From assembly GCA_902787905.1 (NCBI GenBank), contig CADAIF010000001.1, positions 1-39,932 of the forward strand: a stretch of DNA of 39,932 nt, given 5' to 3'. Each line of letters opens with the position of its first letter. Position 1 is the first letter of the stretch. The stretch is from an uncultured Lachnospiraceae bacterium (GTDB taxonomy: Bacteria; Bacillota; Clostridia; Lachnospirales; Lachnospiraceae). Made by a program: the position numbers and the translations under genes. Below, one piece after another: positions 37,973 through 39,932 of the stretch. Under the pieces are notes generated by a model. That model saw only the letters and a list, made by a program, of their open reading frames with translations. It did no database searches and was not told where the DNA came from.

Positions 37973-39052
37973 ATGCTGCAAAGTAGCAGAGTGGAGCGGA
38001 TCCTGGACAAGCTGAAGGAAGCAGGCCTTTCTCAGATGCTGATCGTGGATCCCATGTCTATTTACTATCTGACCGGGGTTTACAATCAGCCCTTTGAACG
38101 TTTTTACGGCCTTCTGCTGAAGGCTGACGGCCATCATGTTTTCTTCCTGAACCGGCTTTTCAATGTGCCCGGCGAGGTGGGGATTGAGGAGGTCTGGTAT
38201 GATGATACCGACCCGGTGACGGATATCGTCGCCGCTTATGTCGATCACGCGTCGCCCCTGGGCGTAGACAAGGAGCTGAAGGCCAGATTCCTGCTGCCCC
38301 TTATGGAGAAGCAGGCGGCTTCCGGCTTTGTCAACAGCTCCACGGCCGTGGACTTTACCCGCGGCGTCAAGGACGCGGAGGAGCAGGCGAAGATGCGTCT
38401 GGCCTCGCTGATCAATGATCAGGCCATGGCCCGTTTCAAGGACCTGATCCACGAAGGCGTTACCGAGAAGCAGGTGGCTGACCAGATGCTGCAGATCTAT
38501 CTGGATCTGGGCGCGGATGGCTATTCCTTCCCGCCGATCGTCTCCTTCGGAGCCAATGCGGCGGATCCCCATCACGAGCCGGATGATACGCCGGTCCGTC
38601 CCGGCGACTGTGTCCTTTTCGATGTAGGCTGTATCAAGGACGGCTACTGTTCCGATATGACAAGAACCTTTTATTATAAAGAGGTTTCCGACCACTGCCG
38701 TGAGATCTATGAGCTGGTGCGGGCGGCCAATGAGGCGGCCGAGGAGAAGATCCGGCCGGGCATCCCGATCCATGTCATGGATGATACGGCCAGAGGCCTG
38801 ATCAGCGAAAAGGGCTACGGTCCCTGTTTCAACCACAGGCTGGGCCACTTTATCGGCCTGTCCGAGCATGAGTTCGGCGATGTTTCGGCGGTCAACGAAA
38901 ATCTTACCGAACCCGGAATGATCTTTTCCATCGAGCCGGGCATCTACCTGCCCGGGGACACCGGCGTCCGTGTGGAGGACCTGGTTCTGGTCACCGAGGA
39001 GGGCGTGGAGCGTCTCAACAACTTCCCCAAAAATCTGCAGATCATCGGGTAG
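37973..39052 (+). CDS. M24-family Xaa-Pro dipeptidase/aminopeptidase
   Basis: Creatinase-like N-terminal domain. Metal ligand context DVGCIKDGYCSDMTRT, HRLGHFIG, EPGIY and RVED. AAGGAGG RBS. Confidence 0.9.
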   Translation: MLQSSRVERILDKLKEAGLSQMLIVDPMSIYYLTGVYNQPFERFYGLLLKADGHHVFFLNRLFNVPGEVGIEEVWYDDTDPVTDIVAAYVDHASPLGVDKELKARFLLPLMEKQAASGFVNSSTAVDFTRGVKDAEEQAKMRLASLINDQAMARFKDLIHEGVTEKQVADQMLQIYLDLGADGYSFPPIVSFGANAADPHHEPDDTPVRPGDCVLFDVGCIKDGYCSDMTRTFYYKEVSDHCREIYELVRAANEAAEEKIRPGIPIHVMDDTARGLISEKGYGPCFNHRLGHFIGLSEHEFGDVSAVNENLTEPGMIFSIEPGIYLPGDTGVRVEDLVLVTEEGVERLNNFPKNLQIIG

Positions 39053-39058
39053 GGCGCC

Positions 39059-39670
39059 ATGAGTGGATCGGAAGTGACGAAGAATTGCAAGGTGATGGGG
39101 GAGCACCCTACGGCGACCCTGTTTATGGCCTCCGGCAGCCGGATCGTCATAGAGCTTCTGCCTGAAGCTGCCCCTAACACAGTCAGCTCCTTTGTTTACG
39201 CGGCGTCATTGGGGGTCATGGACCATTTTGCCATACAGCGGATCGTCCCCGGCAACTGGGTGGATGTCAGCTATACCGGCTTTGGCCATAAGGAGAGTCA
39301 GTACCTGATTCCCAATGAGTTTGACCTGCATCCGGAGATCACGCCTCTGCCTTCTCATCCGGGCTGCGTGTGTATGGGCGGCTACGGGGAGGACGGCCTG
39401 GCAGGCTGTGAGTTTTTCTTCCCGCTGAGGGACTGCCCGGACCATCTGGGCGTTTACCCGGTTTTCGGCCGTGTGCTGGAGGGCATGGAGGAAATATTCC
39501 GCCTGGAAAAGGTGCCGACCCGTCCGGTGGATTTCCCCATTCCCGGCGTGGAAGTCAATGAACCCATAGAGCCCCAGCTGATCGAGAGGGTGGTCCTGGA
39601 CCTGAAGGGGTGGACCTTCGATCCTCCGGTACGTATGAAAGAACAGAAGCTTCCTCTGTGCTGGAAGTGA
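39059..39670 (+). CDS. Cyclophilin-type peptidyl-prolyl cis-trans isomerase (divergent)
   Basis: IVIELLPEAAPNTVSSF, QRIVPG, GCVCMGG......CEFFF and VFGRVLEGMEEIFRLEKVPT follow the cyclophilin pattern. The start codon is uncertain. Confidence 0.7.
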   Translation: MSGSEVTKNCKVMGEHPTATLFMASGSRIVIELLPEAAPNTVSSFVYAASLGVMDHFAIQRIVPGNWVDVSYTGFGHKESQYLIPNEFDLHPEITPLPSHPGCVCMGGYGEDGLAGCEFFFPLRDCPDHLGVYPVFGRVLEGMEEIFRLEKVPTRPVDFPIPGVEVNEPIEPQLIERVVLDLKGWTFDPPVRMKEQKLPLCWK

Positions 39671-39675
39671 GAAAT

Positions 39676-39744
39676 AAAAAAGACCTTGTCTCGCGGCAGC
39701 TGTCAGTTGATGACAGCCGCATCTGAGACAGGGTCTCTTTTTTT
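39676..39744. terminator. Bidirectional terminator (nested hairpins flanked by A and T runs)
   Basis: aaaaaagaccttgtctc ... gagacagggtctcttttttt forms the outer stem, with an inner stem gcggcagctgtca/tgacagccgc. It lies between convergent genes. Confidence 0.7.
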
Positions 39745-39931
39745 AAATTCTTACCTTGGTACCCTTGGTGCCCCGGCCGCCCAGCTTGAGCTTGTTGAGC
39801 AGCAGCGGCTTGCCGCCCACGTCAATGGTAACTTCCACGGCGTGGTTTAAGGGGTAGGCCCCGGTCAGAAGATCCTTTTCCTTCAGGAGGATGCCGCGGA
39901 CACCTAAGGCGCCTTTCTTCTTCTCAGGCAC
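39743..39931 (-). CDS. 3' end of a gene running off the right edge, possibly a DNA gyrase/topoisomerase IV subunit A C-terminal domain
   Basis: GVRGILLKEKDLL...GGRGTKGTKV resembles GyrA/ParC beta-pinwheel blades. Only 62 aa are visible, so the call is weak. Confidence 0.3.
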   Translation of the reverse strand: MPEKKKGALGVRGILLKEKDLLTGAYPLNHAVEVTIDVGGKPLLLNKLKLGGRGTKGTKVRI

Positions 39932-39932
39932 A

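Noticed and set aside
37958-39106. A 382-aa minus-strand ORF antisense to the M24 peptidase gene, and a 203-aa ORF (37293-37904) antisense to the 3D-domain gene
   Set aside because: The plus-strand genes have conserved metal-ligand and 3D motifs and good RBSs. The antisense frames lack motifs and start signals.

Overview
The window looks like a Clostridia-type Firmicute chromosome segment: GC-rich core, AGGAGG-type ribosome-binding sites, and Lachnospiraceae/Ruminococcaceae-like gene content. All family calls come from reading motifs by eye, not from searches.

Left to right:
- (1) 2-2982: an integration scar. A solute-binding-protein gene fragment is fused to a recombinase-like tail. It converges on two co-oriented serine recombinase genes.
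- (2) 3153-4943: a single fused ABC exporter.
- (3) 5053-9619: a LysR-controlled minus-strand module of MaoC dehydratase, GntP-family permease and propionate-CoA-transferase-like enzyme. A 44-bp operator/promoter box occurs twice.
- (4) about 10.1-22.4 kb: a visibly AT-richer island, the most interesting part of the window. It carries a frameshifted TnpX-like large serine recombinase, a small TnpW-like ORF missing from the ORF track, a chimeric capsid remnant and an Xis-like HTH. It also carries an XRE regulator, a complete type I R-M operon (hsdR-hsdM-hsdS), two Abi genes with HEPN-type Rx4-6H motifs, and a GC-rich module bounded by inverted repeats between the Abi genes. Imperfect terminal inverted repeats appear to bracket the island.
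- (5) 22399-28555: two tandem paralogous secreted proteins (1069 and 976 aa). Each has BspA-type leucine-rich repeats plus five eukaryote-like Ig repeats and no recognisable anchor.
- (6) The remainder: a MATE efflux gene, a five-gene peptide-type ABC importer in the order ATPase-ATPase-SBP-permease-permease, a repeat-rich SH3b/3D-domain wall protein, an M24 Xaa-Pro peptidase, a cyclophilin-type PPIase and the 3' end of a GyrA/ParC-like gene.

I found no rRNA, tRNA or CRISPR array.
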